From Chrysemys picta bellii (Eukaryota), in contig NC_088802.1 of assembly GCF_011386835.1 (NCBI RefSeq), positions 56,978,001 through 57,042,000 of the forward strand: a stretch of 64,000 bases of DNA. The letters are read 5' to 3'. The translations under genes were made by a program, and so were the position numbers. The notes below the pieces were generated by a model. That model was not told the origin of the DNA. It did not search any database and worked only from the letters and a program-made list of their open reading frames with translations. Below, in pieces: positions 1-12,399 of the stretch (the stretch's first letter is position 1; each line of letters begins with the position of its first letter).

Positions 1-626
1 CTGAGTGCTGGGAGGGTGAACTGAGGGCGGTGGGGGTCGATGGGGGCAATGGGGCTGAACTGATGGGGAGTTGAATTGGGGGGGTTGGGGAGGACAGAAC
101 TGAAGGGGGGTTGGGGGACAGGATTAATTGCTAGGCAGGAGAGGGGTGGATGTGGGGGTGAGAGCTCCTGCAGCAGGGCCCAAAATCACCTTACCCAGTA
201 CATGTGGGTGAGTGGGGAACACAATTGTCACATGCACACACCTGGGCATGGGAACGGGGAGTTCAAACATCAACTGACCTAAAAACACACAGTCACCTTT
301 GTTTAAAATGTCATGATTTGGGGGCGGAGGGGTCCACCTCATGATTTTTGAAGTTGGCAACACTGTATTTCTGCCCATCCAGCACTGCCCACTGCTGCAT
401 GGAACCAGATTTTGCTCAGGTTTTTGGGTAACTGGCTGCTCGCGGCTGTAGACAATGGCTAGTGTTTGCGGGTATGTCTGTAGGGTGCTCGATGCACTGG
501 CACGAAGCTGTTGAGCTCTGCTCCCTGCCTGTGGGTCAGGTGGGGTCGCTGTGCTTGTGGCTGTGGGTCCCTCAGGATGACTGGCCTGGACCAGACTGCT
601 GTGATCTCTCTGCTTTATTCCTGCAG

Positions 627-3600
627 AATGAGCCCAACCTTCCTCCGGAGAAGTGGAAAAATAAAAGGTAAAGGCAGTTGTTGTTTCTTCCAGCATTTAT
701 GGAAACCACCTGAAATCCTCCCCTATGTTCTGGGAGCAGCCCCTGATCCCCTTCTCCCCATCTTCCCATGGGGCAGGGTGCCCCCAAAGCCCCTTTGGAT
801 TCCCACAGACACAGCCTTTAGCATAGGGAAATGCAGCAGCAGCTGTGAGGTGGCTCCCACCACAGGGCCAGCTGAGAAGCTCTTCCTTTAATCACTCCAC
901 AGCCCCCACTAGGCTCGCCATGCCCAGAGACGACTCGTACCTACTGATACTGGGGGGCATGGGTGGCGAGTGAACCCCGGGGTCGGGGAGGCTAGTCCCT
1001 GGCCAGCCCCACCCCTCCCACCCCCCTTCCCCTGCTGGAGCCCAGAGCTGCCCCCCTCCCCGTGGCTGCCAGCCCTCCTCTCCTCCCCCCAGCCCCGGCG
1101 TGCCAGGCGTGCAGCCCCCCGAGTGCCAGGCAGTGCAGCCCCCCAACCCCGGCGTGCCAGGTGTGCAGCCCCCCGAGTGCCAGGCATGCAGCCCCCCAGC
1201 CCCGGCGTGCCAGGCGTGCAGCCCCCCGAGTGCCAGGCGGTGCAGCCCCCCAGCCCCGGCGTGCCAGGCGTGCAGCCCCCCAACCCCGGCGTGCCAGGTG
1301 TGCAGCCCCCCGAGTGCCAGGCGGTGCAGCCCCCCAGCCCCGGCGTGCCAGGCGTGCAGCCCCCCAGCCCCGGCGTGCCAGGCATGCAGCCCCCCGGCGT
1401 GCCAGGCGTGCAGCCCCCCAGCCCCGGAGCGCTAGGCGTGCAGCCCCCCGAGTGCCAGGCGGTGCAGCCCCCCAGCCCCGGCGTGCCAGGCGTGCAGCCC
1501 CCCAGCCCTGGCGTGCCAGGTGTGCAGCCCCCCGAGTGCCAGGCGTGCAGCCCCCCAGCCCCGGCTTGCCAGGCGTGCAGCCCCCCGGCGTGCCAGGCGT
1601 GCAGCCCCCCAGCCCTGGCGTGCCAGGCGGTGCAGCCCCCCGAGTGCCAGGCGGTGCAGCCCCCCGAGTGCCAGGCGTGCAGCCCCCCGGCGTGCCAGGC
1701 GTGCAGCCCCCCGAGTGCCAGGCGGTGCAGCCCCCCGAGTGCCAGGCGTGCAGCCCCCCGGCATGCCAGGCGTGCAGCCCCCCGAGTGCCAGGCGGTGCA
1801 GCCCCAGCCACTGCAAGTCCTGGCCACAGTCTGTTGGCAGCCGCCCTAGCCCCAGCCCCAGCCGGCTTCCTGGGAAAAGAGCAGCCTGCCTGGGCTGGGG
1901 CCAAGGGGGAAGGGCCAGCAGCAGGGGCCTCGGGGCAGAGCGTGGGCGAGGCCACGCCGGGCTGTTGGAGGAGGCACAACCTCACCCAGCCTACGATATG
2001 GGCTGCCCATGCTGGGGGGGGCACAGGACCACCCCACGTGTCGCCTTGGGGAGGAACCTTTCCGCCCCACCTCCCTGGGCCAGAGCAGCCAGTCCCGCCG
2101 GCTCCTGGGGAGGCTGGCGCTACGGCGCAGGAAGCACGGCCCTGCTGGGGGAGATCACAGCACCACGGTCTTATGGGACATTCCTATTAATGCTTCCCCT
2201 CTCCCCAGCAAGCCCCACTCCTCTCCCAGCTGTCAGATCCTCAGGAAATGCCTCAACTCCTCCCCTCTCAGCTCCCACCCTCCACCTGCTCCTAGGTCCA
2301 TGTGCTCTAACCTGTAGGACACTTGGCCATAAGAGAGAGTGGTGCTAGCACAGCCCAGGTCAGAGTCCCAGCTGGTGTCATTGGTCAGGCTCCACTGAAG
2401 TCAGTGCGATGAGGAGTGACACTAGCTGAGGGAGGAGCTGCCCCCCGAGTCACTTTGTTACCCTTCCCTCCCATGTGCTTGTTTGCGTCACCCCCTTGCC
2501 TTGTCCATTGTGGGCCGGGGCCATCACTTACCACTGCACCCAGAATCCGGCACACCTGAGTCTGTGGCTGCTACTGCAATAGAAATAATCGTAACAGTAA
2601 ATATGACAAATTCAAGATGCTTTTGGTTGGGTTCCGATATCAAATGTATCTTTGCCCCGGGACTCGCCAGCCCCCCACCTCTGCGCCTGCCCCCCCCCCC
2701 ACGTCCCCACATGTGGACTGGACCCTCTCATGTCCTCAGCAACCCTCTTCATATAGCTGGACAGCATAACTCCCACCCATCCACCCGCTACAGGAACAGG
2801 GCGGGCGCTCTGCTGTCCTGCAGTGAGCCGGGCATGTTGGTAAGAGGCAGAGTTAAGGCTGCTGACATTTGTTTGCTCCAGAACGTTGCCTGGCTGTAAG
2901 GGCGACGAGGACGGCTCTAGAGAGAGGGACCTGGGGCAGAGAAGGTCCTGGAGGGAAACACTAGGGACAGCCAAGGCTAGGGAGTCCAGGCTGAGGGGTT
3001 TTGTTGTTGAATTGCCAAGAAATCTGACCCCAGCCAGGGATGAGCTGGGCACTCACCCAGAGGGAGCATGGGGCAAGGACTCCACCGGCTCATGGGGGTT
3101 GGGAGGAGTTAAGCTCCACAGGGCGGGGTTGTTGCCTCTAGCCGTAGCCCCTCTTTGTTTAGCAAGGAATGCCTTGCCTGCCAGAGACCCCAGGACCCCG
3201 TGCTTTTCTGGTACCTTGCAGAATAGTCCGGCGAAACGAGACATTAAGAAGCAATTTAGTGAAGAGCGGGCTTCAGTTCATTGACAGATTTGTGGAGTTG
3301 CTGAAGGAAACGGAGGATGCACCCAAGGACACCCAAAAGAAATACCTGCAGAAGGTGAGCACTTGCCACCTAGCGCTGCTCCCTGCAGCCGGCAATCCCA
3401 CCTCTGGCTTTTCACCGCCTCCTGCTTGGTTGGTGGGGAGTGGGGGACGTGGAAAGGAGAGGGATGGATTTGCCAGGCCCCTGAAGAGGAATGTGCAGGG
3501 GCGAGAAGAACAAGGAGACCCGTGGTGTGTTGGTGTTTGGCGGGGAGTCATAGAAATGTGCGGCTGGAAGGGAGGGACATTGAAAAGTCTTCAAATGCAG

Positions 3601-6600
3601 CCCCCTGCCTTGAGGCAGAACCAGAGAAGTTTGTCCAACCTGTTCTTAAAAACCTCCAATCACAGGGATTCCCCAGCCTCCCTTGGAACCTGTTCCAGGG
3701 TTTAACTCCCCTTAGCCGTAGAAAGTTTGTCCTAATATCTAACCCGAATCGCCCCTTGCATGGAGAACAATTGATCACGTCCTTTTTATAACAGCACTTA
3801 CGGTATTTGAAGACTTATCTGTTCCCCCTCCCTCCCCTTCTTTTCTCAAGACTAAACAGGCCCAGTTTTGTAACCTTTCCTCACAGGTTTTCTAAACAAT
3901 ACTTCCTGTTTTGTAATTGTGCATTTCATTTTTCCTTCCTGAGTGTAGTACTTTGTCATTATTGAATTTCATCTTGATTTCAGACCAATTCTCTAATCTG
4001 ACAAGGTCATTTTGAATTCTCATCCTGTCCCCCAAAGTGTTTGCAACCCTCCCAGCTTGGTGTCATCTGCACATTATATAAGGATACTCTGCACCAGGAG
4101 TCATGAATTCGTTTTTGTCAAGGTCCAAATTTCTTGGTCAAGGTATAGGCATGGTCCAGACTCCAGAGAAAATAATACAAAAATAATAAAAATAATGATA
4201 GTAAATACATAAAAAAGATGTCTCAGTCTGTTTAAAAGTGTCTTGTGGTCTGGATTTGGCCCGTGTTCTGCCTATTGCCTACCCCTGTTCCACACCATTA
4301 TCCAAGCCATCAATTAAAATGTTCAGTAGTACCAGACCCAGGACAGATCCCAGTGGGCCCCCACTAGCTAGGCCCTCCCAGTTTGACAACGAAACATTGA
4401 TAACGACTCTGAGTATAGTCTTTCAACCACTTAGGTACCCACCTTATAGCAATTTATTCTAGACTATATTTCTCTGGTTTGCTGATAAGAATGTCATGTG
4501 GGACCGTCTCAAAAGCCTTACTAAAATCAAGATATAGCATACCTACCACTTTCCCTCATCTACTAGGCCAGTAACCTGTCAAAGAAGAAAATTAAGTTGA
4601 TTTGTCGTGATCCATGGATGGAGCCTGATCCCCCACATTTGGGGAGGCTGGGCATGCCTAGTCAGTGGCCATGCCCCCACTTGGCATCCTCCCCCCTGAG
4701 GCCCCGCCCATGCTCCATCCCTGTTCTACCCCAGACCCTGCTCCAGCTCGTCCCCCTCCATCAAGGCTCCCCCCTGCTACTCGCACCTCTCTGCCTCCTA
4801 CCCTGAAGCCTTTTTGCCCTCTCCCAAGCCGCAGGGAATGAGGGGGCGCATGGCCCTGGGAAGCCGTGACGGGGGTGCATAGCCCTGACTGCAGTACCTG
4901 GCAGAAGCCACGGGGCAGGGGCACACGGCCCCGGATGCAGCCCCCCCACTGCAAGCTGTGGGGCAGGGATGCACGGCCCCGGCTCCAGCCCCCACTGCAA
5001 GCTGGGGCTGGAACCTGGACTTCTATCATATCCCCCTGTAGTTGTTTCTTTTCCAAACTGAACAGTCCCGGTCTCATTAATCTCTCCTCATACGGAAGCT
5101 GTTCCATACCCCTCATCATTTTTGTTGCCCTTTTCTGTATCTTTTTCAATTCCAATAGATCTTTTTTGAGATGGGGCGACCAGATCTACCTGCAGTATAC
5201 AAGATGCGCGGATACCATGGATTTATAAAGAGGCAATATGCTATTTTCTGTCTTATTATCTAGCCCTTTCCTAATGATTCCCAACATTCTGTTCACTTTT
5301 TTGTTCCTTGGTCAGGAGCAAGTCTAAAGTGGCTGTCCCTGGTTACTGTCTCCTCTTTCTGAAACAAAAAGCTGTGCTCAGGGCAGTCTGACAACTTACT
5401 GGACATTTTGCGTTCTGAGAATGGGACCAGATGGCTGTGCTTGGAGTGGCGAGGGGCCTAGGCAGCACAGTAGTGCATGCAGGAGGGCAGCGAGAACCAG
5501 ATGGACAGGCGAGATGGGATGGACATTGCATTAGTATCAGATACATCCATCCTTTCCTGCTGTTACTTTTACATGTGAGCCATGGCTGGAGAGACCATGG
5601 GGACATTATGGGATCATGACTGGGAGGGGAGGTGGGCTGGTGGGTCACCAAGGGGAGGGGCATGCGTCCACCAAAATCTTGTTCCAGAGTCCATCTCTGC
5701 TTTTTACCAGATGCTGCACGCGATATTCTTCTTCGGCCGAATACATAACACTCCCATAGAGCCCAGAGAGTTTTTACCTGAGCCTTATCAAGATGCATTC
5801 AGACGTCTCTACCCAGCCCCATTTGAGCAGTGTACAACGCACCTTCCCACCAAAACACCTTACTCCATCCTTCTTGATTACGTACGTATTCTCTGTGTGT
5901 CCTGAGTTTGTGCTAGTCGCCTGAGATACAGGGCAGAGCCTCAGCTGGTGTCCTTAGCACAGCTCCATTGAAATCAGTGAAGCAGATGGGAGCCAGGCCT
6001 TGACTTCAGCAGTGGCTGCGAGAGGAGAGTGACTGAATGAGGATGGGTATGGTGTGGCCGTAAGGACCTGAACAGCCTGGTTCCAAGGGCAAGTTCATGA
6101 GCATATTGGCACGAGGGGACTGGCCAGACTGGCTCAGATCCATTGTCTCCGATTGGGGCCAGCACGAGCCAGAACCCCCAGAATGGATAATTAAAGAATT
6201 GCCTGACCCCAAGCAGAAGTTCTCTCCTGACCTCTAGCAGCTCATGGCTGTTTGCATGCTGAAGCAGGAGTGTTACTATATAGGAATGTGATTCCTAGCT
6301 AATGTAACATGGGGGTTCATTATCGATATCTTTGACTCCTACTAACCTCCTGGCCTCAGTGAGATCCTGTGGCAGTAAGTTCCACAGGCTAATTATCCGA
6401 TGTGTAAAGGTTTCCCTTTGTCAGTTTGCTTTTTACTGCCTTTCCTGCCATTGTCATGACCGTCTGCCATTGTGTTACCAGTCCCCTGTCTGGGTTAGGT
6501 CCCTCGGAAACTCTTCAGTCTTCAATAACTGAAAAGTTCTGGCTCCTCTGCAAATGCTGCCCCCTCATTGCTCACCCCCTTTTCTGGATCAATCAGTATA

Positions 6601-9600
6601 ACGAACAGCACCAATACTACGCTTGAATCTGGGGCCCTGCTGATGGGGTGAAAGTTGGTTTATTCCTACTGCTTTACAGAACTACTAACTGTGGTATGTA
6701 ACTTAGTATTTAAATCAGCTTCTGTACCAGATGACTGGAGGATAGTTAATGTAACACCAATTTTTTAAAAAGGCTCTAGAGGTGATCCTGGCAATTACAG
6801 GCCATAAGCCTAACTCCAGTACCAGGCAAATTGAGGGCTTGTCTTCACTAACGTGCTAAATCAGCACCGCTGTCATCAGTGCACGGCACCGATTTAGCAG
6901 GTCTGGCGAAGACGCGCTAAGTCAATAGGAGAGCACGCTCCCTGTGACTGCTGTACTCCATCTCCAGGGCCGGCTCCAGGCACCAGGCAACCAAGCATGT
7001 GCTTGGGGCAGCACCTGGTCAGGGGCGGCCAATCTTGGGGTGGCGGGGGGCAACGCGGCGTGGCGCTCGGTGGGGGGTGTTTGGTGGTGCTCCGCGCGGG
7101 GGGGGGGGGGGGGGCTTCAGCAGTGCAGCGCTGCGCGGGGGACGGAGGTATTCGGCGGCGCGGCACTCGGTGGGGGGGTGTTACAGCGGGGGTGGCGCTT
7201 TTTTTTGCTGCTTGGGGCAGCAAAAAAGTTAGAGACGGCCCTGTCCGTCTCAACGGGAGGCGGAAGTTACATCGACTTACGTTACTAAACTTATGTAACT
7301 TAACTAGTGTAATTTATATTGACTTTCAGTGGCAGTGTAGACCAGCCCTGAGACTACAGTAAAGAACAGAATTATCAGACACATAGATGAACACAATATG
7401 TTGGGGAAGAGTCAATGTGTTTTTTTGTAAAGGGAAATCATGCCTCACCCATCTACTAGAATTATTTGAGGGGGTCAACAAGCATATGGACAAGGGGGAT
7501 CCAGTGGATATAGTGTACTTAGATTTTCAGAAAGCTTTTGACAAGGTCCCTCACCAAAGGCTCTTAAGCAAAGTAAGCAGTCGTGGGATAAGAGTGAAGG
7601 TCCTTTTATGGATCAGTAACTGGTTAAAAGATAGGAAACAAAGGGTAGGAATAAATGGTCAGTTTTCAGAATGGAGAGAGGTAAGTAGGAGTATTCCCTA
7701 GGGGGTCTGTACTGGGACTAGTGCTGTTCAACATATTCATAAATGATCCAGAAAAAGGGGTAAACAGCGAGGTTGCAAAATTGCAGATGATACAAAACTA
7801 CTCAAGTTAAGTCCAAAGCTGACTGCAAAGAGTTACAAAGAGATCTCATAAAATTGGGTGACTGGGGAACAAAATGGCAGATGAAAATCAGTGTTGATAA
7901 ATGCAAAGTAATGCACATTGGAAAACATAATTCCAACTATACATATAAAATAATGGGGTCTAAATTCGCTGTTACCACTCAAGAAAGATCTTGGAGTAAT
8001 TTTAGATAGTTCTCTGAAAACATCCACTCAATGTGCAGTGGCAGTCAAAAAAGCTAACAGGATGTTAGGAATCATTAAAAAAGGGATAGAGAATAAGACG
8101 GAGACTATCTTATTGCCCTTATATAAATCCATGGTATGCCCACATCTTGAATACTGTGTACAGATGTGGTCTCCTTATCTCAAAAAAGATATACTGGCAC
8201 TAGAAAAGGTTCAGAGAAGGGCAACTAAAATGATTAGGGGTTTGGAACAGGTCCCATAGGAGGAGAGATTAATGAGGCTAGGACTTTTCAACTTGGAAAA
8301 GAGGAGACTAAGGGGGGATATGATAGAGGTATATAAAATCATGAGTGGTGTGGAGAAAGTGAATAAGGAAAAGTTATTTACTTGTTCCCATCATATAAGA
8401 ACTAGGGGCCACCAAATGAAATTAATGGGTAGCAGGTTTAAAACAAATAAAAGGAAGTTCTTCTTCACACAGCGCACAGTCAACCTGTGGAACTTCTTGC
8501 CTGAGGAGGTTGTGAAGGTTAGGACTGTAACAGGGTTTAAAAGAGAGCTGGATAAATTCATGGAGGTTAAGTCCATGAATGGCTATTAGCCAGGATGGGT
8601 AAGGAATGGTGTCCCTAGCCTCTGTTTGTCAGAGGGTGGAGATGGATGGCAGGAGAGAGATCACTTGATCATTACCTGTTAGGTTCACTCCCTCTGGGGC
8701 ACCTGGCATTGGCCACTGTCGGCAGACAGGACACTGGGCTGGATGGACCTTTGATCTGACCCAGTATGGCTGTTCCTATGTTCTTATGTGTTCTTCTTAT
8801 GGTGTCCCTGGCCTCTGTTTGCCAGAAGCTGGGAATGAGCGACGGGATGGATTACTTGGTGATTCCCTGTTCTGTTCATTCCCTCTGGGGCACCTGGCAT
8901 TGGCCACTGTTAGGATACTGTCACGATAGAGACAGGACACTGAGCTAGATTGCCCATTGGTCTGATCCAGTCTGGCCACTCTTATGATCTTAGGTTTCTG
9001 TTTTGTAGCCAATCTGTGCCCCAAGTCAGCAGTTTCCCTCTTGCCCTTATGACTACATCGTGTCTTTAAATGGCTCCTATGAGGGACTTTGTCACAGACT
9101 TCTTGAGAGTTCCCATCGTTATAGTGACCAACTGCTGTTTAACTACTCTGTGCCTGACACAGGCGCAACATTCTGGTTTTCAAGAGGTGCTAATCTGTCC
9201 TGCTACTCTGGGCGTTTTCTTCTGCTGAAGAATGTTGTCGTCCCTTGGGGAGTGGAACATGGAGCAAATACCGGATGCAGAGTCTTAGTGACTAATGATG
9301 TATGTTCCCAGGTGACAGAAGTGAAACGTTTCACTACCCCCGAGGAGCTAATGAGCTTTCTGCAGAGCTTTAATGCGCAACTGTGGAATCAATCACCGGA
9401 GGAGGGACCTCATGCGCTGAATGCCACTGAGTTCACCTTTACAGCCTCAGTTATCGCTTGCTGCTTCTACGATGATCCCCAGGGTGGCACTGACCTCCAC
9501 CGCTTCTATGGCGCTTCCCTCTCATGTAAGGGGCACCATGAAAGATGCATCATGATTAAGTTGTCCTCTGTAAAAACATGGCATAAGGCTGTTGCCTATG

Positions 9601-10010
9601 CAGTGGAACATAAGGGTGATGGTCCGGCCATCACTTTCCCTGAGGGGGTGTGGAGCCAGGCCTTTCAGTTTAGTGTTAAAGAACAAAAGTATCAGGAGAA
9701 GTCACCCTGTGAGAAGTGTCAGCAATTGTTTAGGAACGTGAACTTTCGGCCCCCTCCCATTGCCCCCCCAAACGGGGGCACGTGGCAGTATGGGAACTGC
9801 GCTGAGGTGGAGTCCTTGAGCAAACTCCTGCTGGGGACCAGCGTGGTGGAGGAGGGAGTTCGGTCAACAAGCACACCCCCTCTAAACTATGAAGCCATAG
9901 AGAGGGACTTCACAGGTAAAATGGAGGCAAAAGTTAAAGCAAAGCTTATTCAGAAGCTGGGGTCAAGACAGTTCAAGGCCAAGCCATTACAGTTTTTCAG
10001 TCTCCAGTGA
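627..10010 (+). CDS. Uncharacterised multi-exon gene, candidate permuted zinc-dependent deaminase-like protein (at least 347 aa, N-terminus unresolved)
   Basis: Proposed exons 627-667 (ctgcag|...AG|gtaaag), 3222-3354 (ttgcag|...AAG|gtgagc), 5711-5881 (tttttaccag|...TAC|gtacgt) and 9312-10010 (gactaat branch, ttcccag|GTG...TGA). Phases 2,0,0 join into one frame: [24 protein letters not shown]...[17 protein letters not shown]...[14 protein letters not shown]...FFSLQ*. PCEKC at 9705-9719 and GNCAE at 9792-9806. Gene model about 0.7, function much less certain. Confidence 0.7.
1090..1805. repeat. GC-rich minisatellite of mixed 24-30 bp units
   Basis: Repeated ggcgtgccaggcgtgcagccccccagcccc and gagtgccaggcggtgcagcccccc. 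Explains the stop-free ORFs in several frames. Confidence 0.95.
3600..4610 (-). mobile_element. Degenerate CR1 LINE fragments
   Basis: Interrupted segments resembling the reverse complement of CR1 ORF2/3' sequence (3610-3750, 3940-4110, 4290-4600). Boundaries approximate. Confidence 0.55.
5015..5305 (-). mobile_element. CR1 LINE ORF2 fragment
   Basis: Minus-strand translation [41 protein letters not shown] parallels the CR1 ORF2 C-terminus seen at 8200-8330. Confidence 0.85.
6835..7348. mobile_element. PIF/Harbinger-type MITE inserted in the CR1
   Basis: Terminal inverted repeats gggcttgtcttcact / agtgtagaccagccc (13/15). 3-bp target duplication TGA at 6832-6834 and 7349-7351. Confidence 0.85.
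6965..7243. mobile_element. hAT-type MITE nested in the Harbinger MITE
   Basis: Inverted ends cagggccggctc / gagacggccctg. 8-bp target duplication tccatctc / tccgtctc (7/8). Confidence 0.85.
8802..8990 (+). mobile_element. Second CR1 3'-UTR fragment
   Basis: Diverged repeat of the 3' UTR (ctctggggcacctggcattggccactg...tctgatccagt...cttatg) directly after the first tail. Confidence 0.8.
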
Positions 10011-12399
10011 CTGAGAGTGGCAGCGATGGGGGAGTCAGGCTGGCATTCTGTGCAGCTCCGGCACCCTCCTGATCGGGGGCTGTTGCAGGGGTCACAGGTT
10101 CTCTGGTTCTACCTCCCCCTCCAACACAGCCCACAGCAGCAGAGACTGCCCAGAGTGCATATGCTATGGGGACCCCCCCAGCCCTGCCCCTCCCTTGTAC
10201 AGGGTCTGTGTGCTGGAGGGAGCATGCCCCCAGAGTCTAACTGGATAAGGACTGTGGTAGAGGGGGGCACACAGCTCGTGTGTCTCTGAAGCTGTTTGAT
10301 TGGTAATTCAGCCTACCCCACCTCCTGACCCTCAAGGAGAAAAGAGAAACAAAGGAGACTTGCTACGGCTTTGATGCAGCCCTTGGTCCAGGCTCTCCAC
10401 TGAGACCCCAGTGACTAGCCTATCGCACCAACACTGGAGGCTGCGCTGTCTTTGGAGCCTGTCAGTGTTTGTGGGAGGCTCCATTTAGAACTAGTCCCTT
10501 CCTGCAATAGAGCTGCAGTCTTGGGCCCCATCTAATCCATCCCCCAGGGACCAATACACGATTGCTTCTTACTGCACATTCGCTAGTGCTACAGCCAGCC
10601 CTTCGCTTGGGGGCTATTCCACAGCCTGAGCCATCTCCCTGGCAAGAAGCTTTCTCCCAACTTTTCCTTTTCTTAATATCATCAGCTCCTTCCCCGCTGT
10701 TATTCTGCATGGGTCCCCTGGGAACAATTCCGCTCCCTCTCATCTGCTCACACCCTTCAGACATTTAGCTGGTGATGCTGCTTCCCACCTAGTCTAACAC
10801 TCACAGCTCTGACTTGGCCAGCGGCACTCCGGGGATACCGTAGCGAACAGAGCCATGGGGGACACCTTCAGAGTTCAGAGACGGTCAGTGACAGACATCC
10901 AGCTGTGAATTCCCCATTACCAGAAACGGTCATGAGCTGGAGTGAGACCTCTTCTCTTTGCACCAACCGTCCCTCGGGATGGCTGCAGAGTGTCCAAGCC
11001 CCACCTCCCTGGACAAGGATCACCAAGTATAGTACACCCTCACTATAACGCCCTTCACAATAGCACACCTGGTCCCTGGATCCCACCTCCAGCCCCGCCC
11101 GGGGGGCAGAGCGCTCCACCTGCCGCGCGGTCACGGCCGGCCAGATTGCGCCTCTGGCCCCAGGGCCCCAGCTGCGGTTCCGGGACCACAGGAGCTCTCA
11201 GCTCTGCTGCAGGGCTTGAGGTGTCAGCCCCTCCCAGCAGGGCTCTTTTCCTATAACAAACCCCTAGCTACAACGACCAAATGGCTTGGATTCCCAGGGG
11301 TTCCTTAGAGCGAGGGCATACTGTATGCTCCCACTTAAGACCAGACTCTTCCTCCTCACTTGGTGGAAGATGCTTCCCCTCACACAGAAATAGACCTCAT
11401 GTGTCTGGAACCTCGGGACTACAGCCTGCTGTACTGGAAATGCAGGTGGTGGGCATGAAGGTGGCTTTACATTAGACTGTAAACGCTTCTGCTGAGGGAC
11501 CTGTTGTTCCTAGCTGTTCGTACAGCCCCCAGCACAGGGGGGCCCTTAGGTGCTAATGCAATGCAAACAGTACAAGTTTGGTCTATTGGATATGGGGTTG
11601 GAGTCCTGGGCAGATTGTCTGTTTTTGCTGTATTTAAATAAACTCACCTGATTTTACTTGAAGTTTTGGGGCAGGGACCTGTGCATCTGGGAAGCCCCTC
11701 ACACGCCTTCTGGGGCATTATAATAACAGTTTTGTATATGGCTAAGAAGCCTAAAGTGGCCTGCCCTCAGAAGACATGGCATTAAATCAGAGGGAGAAGG
11801 GAACTACGCTCTGCTCTTTAATAAACTGATAGCAATGTTTAATCACTAACAAACCCCTCCACAGAGCTCCTGCCTGCAGATGGGCTCCAGTGGGCAGGCC
11901 CATTACCTCCTAGCCTAGGAGCAGCAGAGGGCCAGCTGTCAAAGCAGGAAAGGGTGGGGCGGGGCACTCCATCAGCAAGGCTGCCAAGGACAGGGGAGTC
12001 ATGGGGCAAAGGTACCCTAGTAAACATGAGGCTGTGGTCTCTGCACATTCCAGCCCCCCAGCAGTAAGTTCCTCCTGCCCCGGGGGCAAGCAGGCTGACT
12101 GACAGTCTGGAACGAATGGGAGAAAGTCCTGAGTTCACAGTTTACTTTGCAATTCAAGGTACCAAAAGTCTGAGGCAGCTCCACTGCTCCCACCAACCTG
12201 CTGGGGGCACACTCAGTCCTGCTGCTCCCCCCCCCCCGCTCTCATTCCCAGGTGGAGGGCTGATGAGACTGCTGCTCAGCCACCTCTACCGCTCCTGGAT
12301 CCTAGTCTTGGTGACAGAGTCGGTGTGAGCTGCCTGGAGTCAGAGTCAGAGTCAGCCCCCGTCAGCTGGCAGGAAACACCAAAGCTGGACACAGCAAAT

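Larger units (their letters stand above)
6705..8801 (+). mobile_element. 5'-truncated CR1 LINE with disrupted RT, split by a MITE insertion
   Basis: RT peptides [40 protein letters not shown] and [17 protein letters not shown]. Stops and frameshifts (e.g. TAG 7699-7701, TAG 8257-8259). Ends in short ttcttatg tandem tail at about 8772-8801. Confidence 0.95.

Noticed and set aside
455-626. Start codon for the novel gene at 455 or 474
   Set aside because: ATG 455 with donor 471 is phase 2 and does not fit the 627 acceptor. ATG 474 is in frame and possible but unsupported, so the N-terminus is left open.
909-2348. Overlapping 270-430 aa ORFs on both strands
   Set aside because: They are translations of a stop-poor GC minisatellite with low-complexity P/G/A/R/C content.
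9060-10010. Treating the 316-aa ORF as a single-exon gene
   Set aside because: It starts at GTG, and phase-compatible upstream exons and an acceptor with a branch point at 9311 explain it better as a terminal exon.
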